64,000 nucleotides of DNA, from contig JASCQW010000099.1 of the NCBI GenBank assembly GCA_030264375.1, positions 56,276,524 to 56,340,523 on the forward strand, written 5' to 3'. Made by a program: the position numbers and the translations under genes. Source of the stretch: Carcharhinus longimanus. Its lineage: Eukaryota. Positions 25,297-38,399 of the stretch are shown here, in pieces. The notes beneath the pieces are model-generated. The model made no database searches and was not told where the DNA came from. It was given only the letters and a program-made list of their open reading frames with translations. Positions within the stretch are counted from its first letter, which is position 1; each line of letters opens with the position of its first letter.

Positions 25297-26460
25297 GGCC
25301 AGAATCTTCTGTTCTGGAGTCTAAGTTTAATGATGAGTGCAGAAGTGAGAATAATTTCTGCAATGGGCAGTATCATGACTGGCCAAGCACACCCTTGTGT
25401 TGTTTAACCCATTAAATATACATCCATGAGGATCTTGCCAATTCACACTGCGTGCAGACACGATGTCACCTCCATTAGCTCATGTGGTTGAAGATCCAAG
25501 AGCAGTATTTAAAGAGCACATGGACAACCTGCACTTTCTGTTCTGCCTTTTCGAGGCAACTGCTCCATCCTTTCCCACTAAACATTTCCTCCCTCCCTTG
25601 GTCATCCTCCATGCAATTTGCACTGTCACCACTGAGTCTCAATCATAGGTTGGCATTTAGAGACATTCGCCAAAGAGGACATTGTAGCTGGGAATCGGGG
25701 GGTGGGGGGTGGTGGTGTCCGGGGGCTGGAAATTGAAGAGTGGGGGGGCTGTTGGAGGGTCAGGGCTGGAGCTGGACACTTAAGGAACTAAAAGGGTCAG
25801 AGGGTCATGGAGAGAGTTGGCTGGGGGTTTAGTGGGGATTCAGGGTTGGGGGGAGGTCAGTTGTGCAGTTATCCAGGAGTTAGGCATGGTTATTCTCTAT
25901 CTATTATTTTCTAGGTAACTATCTTGATAATGAGTTGGCAGCCTTCGAAGCCTCCAACTCTAACTCAAAGTTGGAGACTTTTTTGGAGAGTTCTGGGTGC
26001 GGAGGAACTGCCCATCAGATGTTGAAATTTTCATGGCAATCCCTTGTTGGGATGTTGGGAAGGGGCCCCCAGCACATCTTCCAGGGCACCTTCACATTTT
26101 AGCCATTTGGAGAGTGGAAGATCTGGGTCATTGGGGGGATTCTCTGCCCTTGTTTATGGTGAGCAGGAATGGAGGCAGGGATGGAGAATCCAATGGAAGT
26201 CCCCAGATGGCTTTTACACTTGGGATTTCCAATTGTCCCCATCGTCTGCTAGTGTATGAAACTTCCTTGGCAAAGGGAGGGATATTGGTGGTGGTGGGTG
26301 ATTTTGCATGTCAGTGGAGGGGAAACTTTCTCTTATTTATTTTAAGATCAGAGCACCCTTTAAAAAGAGAACCCCAATCACTTGAAGGCTGACTTTGCTG
26401 TTTATTCAGAGTCCGCCCCACAAGTGTAACATCCTGGGACCCACCTCCATCCAGAGTTTG
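25297..26460. mobile_element. Non-autonomous Harbinger-family element (MITE-like); right end uncertain
   Basis: Left end ggccagaatcttctgttctggagtctaag resembles 10377 (ggatggaatttcccattctggagatttatg) and 33156; internal gtatttaaagagcacatggac resembles 10594. Confidence 0.45.
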
Positions 26461-27169
26461 TTTTGACCAAGTGTTAAAAAATATGGCAGGAAAAGCACAT
26501 GGCTGGCATTGGTGCTAGCAAGCTACACGCACTGCTTTTCCAGTCTGAGTTGATACTTAGTCATAAGATGCCGCTTTTAAAGATTGTTTCAAATGAAGCT
26601 AAAATGTAGCCTGGTGCCTTCGACCAGGCGCAGTGTGTCGTTGCTGCGCTTGGTCTTGGCCAAAAGGCTGAGAAGCGATCGGGAAAATGAGCCAACCGAC
26701 TCAAAAAAAACAAAGTAGAAACTTTCGCCTATTGTTTCATGCATGGTCTGAAAGTACCAACTCATTAGTCCTATTTCAAATAATTCAACTTCATAGGCCA
26801 AGGAAGATTGAATTTGATATTCACAATTTATATAATGCTCACCTTGATTCTCATACTAGATTATGGCTGTAGCTTTTTAAATAATAAATGCATGCAATTC
26901 TGGACAATTTCCATTATTCTTCAAGAAGGGCCTCTCCGTTATAGTGGATAATGGAAGTTACACTGTATTTTGCTGGATCCATCTATCTCTGGAAATCAGT
27001 TGTTTCAGAAGGAAAGTAATCTGAACTAATATGTTCACCATTAGATTTCTAATACACTACTGTGGAGAAAATAATTTTAATAGACTAGAGTAATCATATT
27101 ATGGAGCACATAATGTTACTTATATAATTGAAAATCTTATAAATTGTTCAATGGCAGCTAAAATCCACA

Positions 27170-27595
27170 GGTGCTTCGGTCCGCCTTGTTGTCTAACAAG
27201 GGGCATACATGCGGTGGGTCGTGCGAGGGCTGCTCTTGGATGTTTCGAGAGTAGCCTAGTGCTTCACGTTGTTAGTGTACACTTAAACTGGACCAGATGC
27301 TGGGCAACACGACAGCTCAGTGACTATCACTGTTTGCTGTGCAGACANNNNNNNNNNNNNNNNNNNNNNNNNNNNNNNNNNNNNNNNNNNNNNNNNNNNN
27401 NNNNNNNNNNNNNNNNNNNNNNNNNNNNNNNNNNNNNNNNNNNNNNNTAGTCTCCCCTCAATCTGGTTTCCAATGTGGAGTGCCATAAGCATAGACAAGG
27501 GTCATGGGTGGAGAGGGGACTCACGTGGTTGAAATGGCGGCGCGGGCTCTTTGGGCTGAAGGGCCTGTTTCCCGTGCTGTTTTGTTCTTTGTTCT
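27170..27595 (+). mobile_element. Unclassified young retroposon with CR1-type tail, spanning a gap
   Basis: CpG-rich body with no recognisable coding motif; tail ggcggcgcgggctctttgggctgaagggcctgtttcccgtgctgttttgttctttgttct is shared with the element at 3195-3283. Confidence 0.55.
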
Positions 27596-27779
27596 AAAAC
27601 TGTATTCTAGAAATATATTTGATTTCTCTATTAGTAAAGAGACCACAAACAATTAATTTAAATTCAAACTATAAAGTTTGTTAAATGTGTTAAAAGGAGA
27701 TGTAAATCTTTTAACACAGGCTAAATTAGAATCATAGAATGATGCAGCGTAGAATAGTAGGTCAAAAGTTGAGAATTCT

Positions 27780-28310
27780 CACTTCCTGTCTCCCAAGTCT
27801 GTACACCATCTACAAAGCACGAAGCAGGAGTGTGATGGAAAACCTCCACTTGCCCAGACGAATGAAGCTCCAATAACGTGAACTTGAGATCATTCAGGCC
27901 AAAGCAGCCTGTTCATTTGGTACCCTGTTCACCACCTGTAACATTCACTCCCTCCACCACTGATGCACAGTGGCAGCAGTGTGTGCTACCTACAAGGTGC
28001 ACTGCACCATCCAAATCCATAGCTTCTACCATCTAGAAGGCCAAGACAGCAGCTACATGGGAAAATCACCACCTGCCACATCCCTCCAAGCCACACATCA
28101 TCCTGACTTGGAACTATATTGCTGTTCCTTCATTGTCACTGGGTCAAAATCCTGGAACTCCTTCTCGATTAGCACTGCGGGTGAACCTACACCAGATGGA
28201 TTGCAGCGGTTCAAGAAGGTGGCTCACCACTTCCTTCTCAAAGGATTAAGGATGAGCAACAAATGTTGGCCCAGCCATCAATGTCCACATCCTGTTAAGG
28301 AGAAAGAAGA
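27780..28310 (+). mobile_element. LINE 3' end (CR1/L2-group shark family)
   Basis: Remnants LYTIYKARSRSVME and NIHSLHH*CTVAAVCATYKVHC; same family as 49980-51240 and 63680-64000. Confidence 0.75.
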
Positions 28311-29389
28311 AAGCCATGAAACCTATCAGTATTCCATAAAGATTTGACCTAACTTTCTTGCACCATTTCTCTATGAATAATGCCGAAGTTCCTGTGTGCT
28401 GTTTTTCTAATGTCATGCAAACTTCCAATGCAGTCTTAGAATGAAATAATATAATAATGCACATCTTTATATTGTTTTGATTGGCCATTAACTTAGATTA
28501 CTAAAATTATCTAAAGGGCTTCTAGCACATCCCCCAGCCGAAGAATGCTGCATACACTAGGACCCTGCAGCATCCCTAGGACCTGAGGTCACTGCTGAGA
28601 TCCAAGTCCGTGCTGCCAATCAGACATTGGATACCATGCTGAGCAACAGTCCCTCATACCAACCACCCCCCCCCCACACACACTCGCAGAGCCTCTTCTC
28701 CCCGACCCGAAACGTAACATGACCATCATGAAAGGACCCCCTGTGAGCAGCATGGAGCCGTCCGACAGTAGGCGCTTACCTCCTCGCTAACCCACACTGA
28801 TGGAGTGCCAGAATCAGACTTTTACCAAGCATGTCTGTTCCAGACTGATTCTGGATTGGGCGAACACAGTGGTAAAGGCAGACATGCTGGTAAAGTGGGG
28901 AGTGCAGCTTGTTAAGTGGATTAAAATACATGCAGAATTATATAAATTGATGTCATGTCTGTTTTGGGTGGGATCCCGATTGTGCTGCTTTTTTGACCTT
29001 GGTAAAGTGTGAACTTTACCACAGATCCTGCTACTCACCTCGCGCCCAACTTTACCAAATTTTTGCACCCAAAAACAGGCGCAATGCGATGGTAAAATAC
29101 CGCCTACTAGTCTTCTCCCTCTTGGTTACTGACATCCTGCACATTTTGGCGATGAAGGATAGACTGGGGCGTGTGATATGAACTGGTTTGGTATTTAAAT
29201 ATGGCATCAGGACCTTTGAACCCGCCAGCTGATAACAGGCAGGTATATTAACTGCTGGCCCACCAGATGACTCAGTGTCGAATATGCCTATACATAATTA
29301 ATGAGGTTTCAAGTGCATAATCTGGTGTGGGAACCTGACCAGTAGGAAAGATGTCACTGGAACCACTTATTTTCAAAATGGTTGAATTA

Positions 29390-30040
29390 AACCCTTTGTT
29401 AGATTAAGCAAATGGACAACATTATGGCAGATAGAGTTTGATGCTGTGAAATGAAGGACCATTCATTTTGGACCTAAGAAAGAAAGATCCAAATATTTCT
29501 CAAACAATAGGAAATAGGAATAGTGGAGATATAAGGATCCATGCAGGGGAATCACTAAAACCTAGGGCATAGGAAATAATTTAAAAAACTGGAATTTTAG
29601 CCTTTATCAAAGGGAAAAAAGTTGCGCTACATTTGTATTGATATCTAGATAGACTGCATCTGGAACTATGTTCAGTTTTGAGCCATGCAAGTCTGAAAGG
29701 ATTTACTGGCCTTGAAGTGGTTGTAACTCAGATTGGCCAGAATGAGACTGGATTAAAAGGTCTAAATTATGAGGACAGTTTTCATAAACTAACCTTTGAA
29801 CATGGAAGATTAAGGGCTACCTAACTGATGTGTTCAGGTTGACTGAAAGATTTGATAGGATAGAAAGAGAGAAGATATTTCATTTGGCAGGGAAGGTTCA
29901 GGACAAGAGGATGTAACCTTAAAATTACAGCTTAGCTATTCAGGAGTGACGTCAGGAAGTGGAAATCTCTAACTGACTCCCACAAAAGGTTACTGAGGCG
30001 AGGTCAATTGAAAAACTTACAACATAGATTTTGATATCAA
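29390..30040 (+). mobile_element. Decayed CR1 LINE 3' fragment
   Basis: Remnants WQIEFDAVK, IHFG, RLHLE, GLNYEDS and LTDVF. Confidence 0.7.
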
Positions 30041-30305
30041 GCTTTTAGTAGTTATATACCAATGTTGCGCATAGCAATTTTTAGGTTATACTTTCAGAAT
30101 AATATTCAAGTAGTAATATAATGACAAGTTAAAGCAATTTGCCAGGAGCATTAGTGTGCTTTTCTTTGCAGTATTTTGTTTGATTGTATTGATGTACAAT
30201 AAATTAATCAGAAGATATTTTTGGATATAATGTACAACTAATTTAAAACACAACATATGGATAGGTATAGCATAAATGGGAGGAACAGGTAACTTTGGAC
30301 TTATG

Positions 30306-30442
30306 AGGTGGAATTTTACAGCCCCTTCCACTGGCAGTATTTTCCAGTCCTGCTGAAGTCAATGGGCCTTTAACAGCTTGGCNNNNNNNNNNGCGTATTT
30401 TATGGCTCCACCCCCGCTACAACAGGGCCATAAAATTCTGCT
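30306..30442. mobile_element. Short MITE (Harbinger-type termini)
   Basis: Imperfect terminal inverted repeats ggtggaatttta ... taaaattctgct. Confidence 0.55.
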
Positions 30443-30942
30443 CATAGTTTCCATAACTTTTGGTCAATGGAATTTCCCTCACCTTATGTTTGGGACTGTT
30501 GTAAACTATTTGATACAAATTGATTCCAACCATCTGTTACGAACACTGTTGTTATTCTTATATCACAAGGCTGCCAGATAAGTAGAGGGTAAACAAGTTG
30601 GTTCTTGGTTTATTTATTACCTGGTAATTCCTATTTTCCTGTATTTTTCTTTTGGCTTTCCTGTACTTTTCTTTTGGCTTTCTTACTGGATTTTACTTAC
30701 TTGTATCTGATCAAACTTTCCCCCACCATCCAAATGGCATCTTTTCTACATCTTTGGTGGGCTGCTCTGCATTGCCGGATTTATTCAGACCTGTTCGCCT
30801 CCTGATCTTAATATGCATTATGAAATGTTAACTCAAAGAGTAGCCATTAGAAATCTAAGTTCCCTCTTCTGAATAGTTTGTTCTTTCTTCAACACTGCCT
30901 TTACATTCACTTTGTAGCTGTTTACTTGCTGATAAACTCTGA

Positions 30943-31173
<231 letters not shown>

Positions 31174-31224
31174 TGAAAAAGAAAATATGCACATCTTTTC
31201 TAATCGGCAATATATTTTGGTATA

Positions 31225-31525
31225 ATAGTGTCATCTTCACTTAGTAGTAATCTCACCTTTAGAATTAGGTAATTGGTTTAAACTCCATTCTAGGACTTGA
31301 GCACATAATTTATGTTGCCGTTGCACTGTTGTACAAACTGCATTGTTTAGAGTGCTGTATTTTATGTGAGATGTTTAACAAAGGCCGCTCACCTTCTATG
31401 TAAATGTAGAAAATCCTATAGACCTATTTGAAAGCAAGTGGGGAAGAATCTTGAGCATTATTTTTCACTCAAACACAAAGCAATTAATTTATGATTAATT
31501 TCATTCACTGTTTGGGATCTTCTTA
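31225..31525 (+). mobile_element. Decayed DeuSINE copy about 60 nt downstream of the exon 8 donor
   Basis: aactccattctaggacttgagcacataat...gagatgtttaacaaaggcc...atgtagaaaatcctatagacctatttgaa is complementary to the 19000, 36795 and 44972 copies. Confidence 0.5.
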
Positions 31526-33394
31526 TGATTTACCATCAGGTAAAAAGTACAAATTATAAACCATGAAATCTTAAATAATTAGCAAAAATTAAAATTGATC
31601 ATAAAATTACATATCCTGTACCAATAGGTTTTGCACAAAGAGTCATCCTGCTTGAGGTTGGGCTGAAGTTGACCTTTGTGGTGTCCCACACCCTTTGTGT
31701 TTAGATGTAATTCATACTCCTATCAGGTATCAAGTATTGCCCAACATTCTGCCAAGCCTCAACCTCTTCCTTTCACTATGTTTTTGCATCTTTATTGCCT
31801 CCCAAACTGAACCCCCAGCCCATACCTCCTCTCTCAATTTTGCGTGTTACTCTTTTCGGTCTGATCCTCGTACATAATTTGAATCTGTTAAATTTTGCCC
31901 ACCCTGTTGAGTTTTACAGAGGTTCAACTTTGCATACGTTGATAAAGAAACATGTGTAAGCCCCACAGAGGAATAGATTTTGACTTTGTACAATAGTGTA
32001 AAGTTTTGGGGCACGATCTTACTGCCCACTCATGCCATGTTCTGCTGCAATAAAAAACAGATTTTGGCGACAAGCCAAATCCCCATTCACTGCAGCAGGA
32101 TGGGAAATTCTGCTGGTGTGAACGGTTAGAAAATTCCAGCCTTGAAGCCCAATTCACTATCACTCATTTTACATTTATTCCACACTGTCATAATCTACCC
32201 CACATTGTGCAACAAATAAATCATTGGTTGGTGCAAAAGAACAAGCGACAGCTGAAGGGAGGAATGTTTTTGTTTTAATTTTCTCCATGAGCAACATCTT
32301 CAGAGGACAAAAGGGAAATTCAGTGACACCTGATAGCATGTCAATTGAACTGGGGATGGGCCAGAAAATATGGAACCACAATGTAAGCATGGGATTGATA
32401 GATATACTGAAAGGTGTGTCATTTGATAACACTTTTTGTGTTACAAGAGAGACTATACCTGTTGCAAGGTAGCTTATTGCCTGCCATCCTGTGAGCAGTG
32501 CTGTTGTTGGGAGATCTGATTGTTGTTTCAATAATGTTTTATCTGTCTTGTTGAATTAAATAACTCAGAAATATCTGACACTGACATGACGAATATTCCA
32601 TTTAAAATTCCATTTTGAAAATTTATTCCAGAAGCACTAACTAAGCAATACAAATTTTACGCTGCTTACACAGATTACTCAAAGTGGATTGCACAACATG
32701 CCATGAAAACTAATTGAATGATACATTTTAACGCTCTAGTTGGATGCTGGTGAAAGGGAATAATATATCATGTTGGTTTCCTTTCCAATCTTGACTGGTT
32801 TGTAATAATTCATGGTGGATTCTTTGAGAGCTGATTTTGATTCACTTTGGCGGTTTTTGGCTTCCAGATTGCAGTGTGACTGCATAACGGAACAGCTATT
32901 TCTTTGTGGTTGCTTAATAAAGATTTGAATACGATGGAGATTCCCTTTCAAGTGCAAAGCTGAATTGTGAATCTTGCCTCTTCGGATTCCTGCTGTATTC
33001 TCATTAACTGTCAAGATGTGGAAAATAAATGTCTCAGTTCAGAAATTAAAATTCTCATTGAGTCTGAGTCACCAGAATTACATCGCACAGTAATTTTCTT
33101 ATTTTAATATCTTGCTTTTAATATTCTTTACTTTTAACACTAATGTTTCAATTATGGCCATGATTCCTCCGGAATGGGACTAAGTGCCCATACTAGCAGG
33201 TAAGTTAGCAGCGTCTATCAAGTGAGAATCCCACCTGATGGACACTCATTTATTCATATTGGGTCACCACTGTTCTCGAGCATATTGGCTCTATGTGGAT
33301 AGGAAATTATCCATGCCAATGTGGGGTTGCTCACAGAAAAATCTTAATTTTAATCACTTTCCCTTGGAGGTGGACTTTGACCCAAAAACAAAGG

Positions 33395-33727
33395 GGGTGG
33401 CACAGTGGCGAGCACTGCGGTGTCATGGCACCAGGGACCAGCCTCAGGTCCCCGGCACCGTGTTTCCAGCCTCAGGTCACTGTCTATGCAGAGTTTGCAC
33501 ATTCTCCCTATGTCTGCATGGGTTTCCTCCGGATTTCTGGGTTTCCTCCCACAGCCCAAAGATGTGCAGGTTAGGTTGACCGGCCATGTTAAATTCACCT
33601 AGTGTCAGGGGGATTAGCAGAGTAAATGTGTGGGGTGACAGGAATAGGGCCTGAGTGGGACTGTGATCGGTGCAGACTCGATGGACTGAATAGCCTCCTT
33701 CTGCACTGTCGGGATTCTATGATTCTA
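33395..33727 (+). mobile_element. HE1-type SINE, full length, nested in a MITE (about 33156-33771)
   Basis: Head gggtggcacagtggcgagcactg, V core and tail ggattctatgattcta; flanks carry termini ggccatgatt ... aaaattcagtccc. Confidence 0.88.
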
Positions 33728-34675
33728 ACAGACCCAGCTCCTGTATCCCACCTCTGTGGTGAAAATTCAGTCCCATGAACCAGTCTGATGAAGGTCTATT
33801 GAATCAGCCATCACTGCTTGCTGGTGCACAGTAGTCCAAATGTCCTATCCTCCTTTTCTCCCAGCAGAGCTCTGAGAGCTCTAAGGCAGATCACATTATT
33901 ATACTAGTGCTGCTTCAAGTCTGCCCATACCAAGCAGTAACCCCTCTGCCCTTCTACCTGTGTGAGAGGGAGGTTGCTCAGTCCAACTAACTACTGTGCA
34001 TTGCAAAAAAGCATCCATGTCTTCTGGAGTCCAGGCCATGTGCCTTATGGAGACGAGTATCTTCAAGAAATGGCGTATTTCTGCCCATTTATAACACCTA
34101 AGGATCCATAATTAAAGAATTAATACAGGATTAAAGAACCTCTGCTCCTGTCTCTGCCCTTTTGCAATTATTTATATCCAGATGTGCAGGTAGGGATTCA
34201 TTTCCTTACAAGGCAAGGAGGAAACATATGGGCATTAAGCACAAATTTTAACTTCTAGCATTCTACAAGTAAATATAATTTAATAAAGGACCTACTATTT
34301 AATTGAAACTAACTTGAATCTCAAATTGAAGGTGCTACTGTATATACTGTTGCAAGCTATGCACTTGAAGTGTGGCTCCAGGATTGCACAGGTTTCACTT
34401 GCCTGCAGCTATTGATTTTTTTAGTTGCAATTTGCTTCTAGAATATACATCATGAATAAATCATTATATCATCTCTTTGTCTTGCACCTAAGTTGTAGGC
34501 TATGTCGAGGAATGCATTAAGCAAAGATTAACATAAAGCTGCACTTTTTTTTCATTTTAACAGTAGTGTCCCATTCCACTATTTTGTGTTTGAAGTACTA
34601 AGGCACCATTGAGCTTTGTTTTTTTTGCAGTGTTTTATCTCTTTGGCAAGCATGTTTTATTCTTTTCGTACACTA

Positions 34676-35502
34676 ACAAAGAATGCTGGGGAAAAGAAAA
34701 TCAACAAGTCTGGCAGCATCTGCAGGGAGAGGAAACAGAATTAATACAGGGAGAGGAAACCGAACTAATGTTTAGAGTCTGTATGACTTCTTCAAAGCTG
34801 AAGAGAGGGAGAAATGTGTTGGATTATGTACTGTATAAGAGGGGGTGCAGCAGCTGGAACAGAGAAGAAAGCCAATGATCAGTGGCAACCAGAGAGATTG
34901 CAACAAAACTGAAGAACAAGTGACAGGTGGCCCAGAGGGGGAGAGAGGCGTTTTTGCACTGAGACAAAAAATATTTGCGATATTAAGAAAAGGGGTTAAG
35001 ATGGAGCAGAAAGGTCACAGTCTACAGTTATTGAACTCAATAGGCGAGGGGAAGATGCATTACTTGGCAGCATCATGCTAAAGTTGGTGGAAAAAGCAGT
35101 GGATGATCCTTTGAATACAGAGGCTAGCCAGGTACAAAGTGTCATCTGTCTGATGATGCCACTGTTGAGACAATGGCATTTCCCACATACTTGCCTTTTT
35201 CCTTAACCCATAACCTGCCCACCCCCTGCCTCCCCAGCAACCTCCTCCGTGGTTGACAGGGCGCTCAACCAGTTTTGACCCTGTCCCTGCACCTCTGCTC
35301 TCATTCCTTCCCTTCCCCCGCAGAGCCATGGTAGGATTCTCCCGTCCTCATTTTCCAATCTCTCTTATACAATAAATAATCAGCTTTGAAGAAAAGTCAT
35401 GCAGACTGTTTCTCTCCCTACAGATGCTGCCAGGTCTGCTGACTTTGTCCAATATGCTCTGTTTTTATTTCAGATTCCAGCATCAGCACTATTTTGCTTT
35501 TA
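34676..35502. mobile_element. Penelope-like element remnant with inverted terminal segments
   Basis: The reverse complement of 34705-34801 matches 35380-35440 (tcagctttgaagaa..gtca / ctgtttc.ctccct.cagatgctgccag). 35125-35355 resembles the PLE RT C-terminus (VVDRALN...PVLIF). Confidence 0.7.
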
Positions 35503-36125
35503 CTTTTTTTTCATAGTCTTGCAGTTAGACTATGGTTTAATACTGTACTGTTCAAAGATGCTGTGACATAGTCAGAATGTATACCAGTAAGACAACCTCA
35601 TTTCTAAAACAGTTACTGGAGAGCTCAAATAAATGGCAAATAATTTGAATGTTGAAGCTGATTTTCTCTACATGTCAAGGAAAAGAAATATATATTAATC
35701 TTGAGTAACATGATGTTTAATTACATTTCTGTATTACTGAAACACCCTTAAAGAACAATAATTTATAGTAACTTGTATTTAATACATATAGCATTGCTCA
35801 ACTAATTGCATCACTGTCATGTGATCTTGTTTCTTTGAATTGTGTGGTAATAACAGATGTCCTATTCTTTTCTATTATATGGTGAAAACATGAAAGAATT
35901 GTTGAGGTTTTGCTAACACTGTTTATTCAAAGGTTAAGCAGGCTCGAATAATACCAAAAATGCATTGATTGTCCTGTGCAGATATAATTACTGCAGAAGC
36001 ATATGTTCCATCTAGCTCACATGCAACATGCTTTTTGTATTGTGTCTGACAACTACAAAATGATATAAAATGCTTTTAATAAATTATGGAGGAAATATTG
36101 ATTTTATTTTTGTATTTCTCTATAG

Positions 36126-36386
<261 letters not shown>

Positions 36387-36794
36387 TGAAAACATGCTGT
36401 ATTGATTCAGGTTACTTTTGTAGATGGTAGACTGACATTTAGGCTACTTAGAGGTCAGACAGCTGGTAACTCATATGCTTTCAAGCGTTCATGATGCTAC
36501 GCATTATGGAAAATATAAGCATCTAAAAATACCGAAAAGTATAATTGTTGGTTGGTTTGATTGTCAGTATGACAGCATGTTATAATGCACCAATTGAGTT
36601 TGCATTGAACTGAGCTATTTGTTAATGATATCAAAGCACATCATTGGCATTTTTCAGACAAAACGTTTAAGAATTTAAATGCTATTGATCTAAAAACATA
36701 TTATTCAGGTCATACAATAGATGATTATAGGAAATACGAGTGACCTTAATTGAATAAGTTTGAAAGGTAAGAGCCATGTAATAGTAGGAAAAAA

Positions 36795-37065
36795 CTGCTT
36801 TTGTATAATGCTTTTCATAAACTCAAGATGTCCTAACTTGCTTTATGGTCAATTAAGTACTTTTGAAGTGTAGACACTCGCAATTTAGGAAAAATGCCAG
36901 CCAATTTGTGCATTGTAAGCTCCCAGAAACAGAAATGAAATACTGATTAGTTATCTATTGGTTGATCAATAAATATTGACCAGGAAAATGGGAGGACTCC
37001 ACTGCTCTTCCTCGAAAAGTGTCATGGGCTCTTTTTGGTCCATCTAAAAGGGCCTCAGTTTAACA
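36795..37065 (-). mobile_element. DeuSINE copy
   Basis: aagtacttttgaagtgtagacac...gccaatttgtgcattgtaagctcccagaaacag...aaatattgaccagg...ctgctcttcctcgaaaagtgtcatggg; collinear with 19000-19285. Confidence 0.65.
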
Positions 37066-38399
37066 AGTTATTAGTTAGATTCTTAAACTCTGATGTAAGA
37101 CTTGAATTTCAATATTGAAATACCTTCTATGTGAGCTTGCAAGTTCTACATAAAATGAAAAGTTGGATTTCCTTTTGTTTATAAAAATGTAGACATTTTT
37201 CAAGATTATATCAATATTTCTAATCTTAGCAATCATGACAAACTAGACAAATGGTTAGTAATGCTCCGTGTATGTATTTAATTTAATCATGACGAATAGT
37301 TGATTTTCAGATAGAAGTTATGCAGAATGATGTGAATGTGTGAAGCCCAGAATGTGTTATATTTAACCTATACATGTGTAACAACTGAAAGCTACCTGAA
37401 AGTTGATGTTCTACAAAAGGTAGAAAGATAATAGGAATGGTAACATTTCTTGGTACTTTAGGATATATGGCTAAATTCAGATGCTTCTTTCTGGCACAGG
37501 GTTTGATGATCCAACCGTCTCATTCGACCTGAACCAACAGCCCACCAAATGTAACATACTGACACTCAAACTACATGTGTCTGTCATGTGCAGATAGCTA
37601 AAGAGATATACAGACAGTTGAATGCTTTGAAGATTGTGGGAACATTCTGTTTCAGTTATTTTTGTTAACTGAAAACTTTGCAAAACAAATTAATTTTAAG
37701 TAATTTACCATAAATCGGTGATCCTTACAATATGTATGCCATATAGCAAAAAACGGCTTATCATCTTTCTTATTCTGAGAAATACAAGTATTGTTCTGTA
37801 ATATTAGGATTTTATTCAGCTATATGATTTATGGCAATTGTTTAGCTTTAAAATTATGATCATTAAATCATAGCTGGCACTTTTCCATAGTTCCTGATTA
37901 CACTTTATCCAAATTCTTAAAAGAAAAGTTTCAAGTAATACCTGCAATGATAAGATTCAAATGCTAATTGACTCCAGAATGAATGAGGAATTTACTGTTT
38001 TTGGAACAAAGTACATTTGGGATGCTGCACCCTCTCATTTGAAAGCCCACCAACAAAATTCTTGGGGGCAACATTTGAGAGGGAAGTTGCAGAAACATTA
38101 TTTAAAGGAATCCTCAACTGCGCTTGGATAAGATTCTGGTTATTTGTTTTTGACTTTGTGACCAATTTCTATTTGTTCTGGCAACAGGAAAGCTTTCCAC
38201 TGACTTGACAATCAGTTGGTGTATGTCAATAGACAATGTTTTGTGCAGATCTGTGGTGTGTTTCTTGACAATTGTCATGATGCCTTTATCTTTCTGCAGT
38301 CTTTAATACTCTGCTTTGTACTACCCTGATAATTGGATATCAGACTAGCTGTTTGGAGGCAAGGGGCATCCAATAAGCATGTGGTTCATGACCCTTAGT

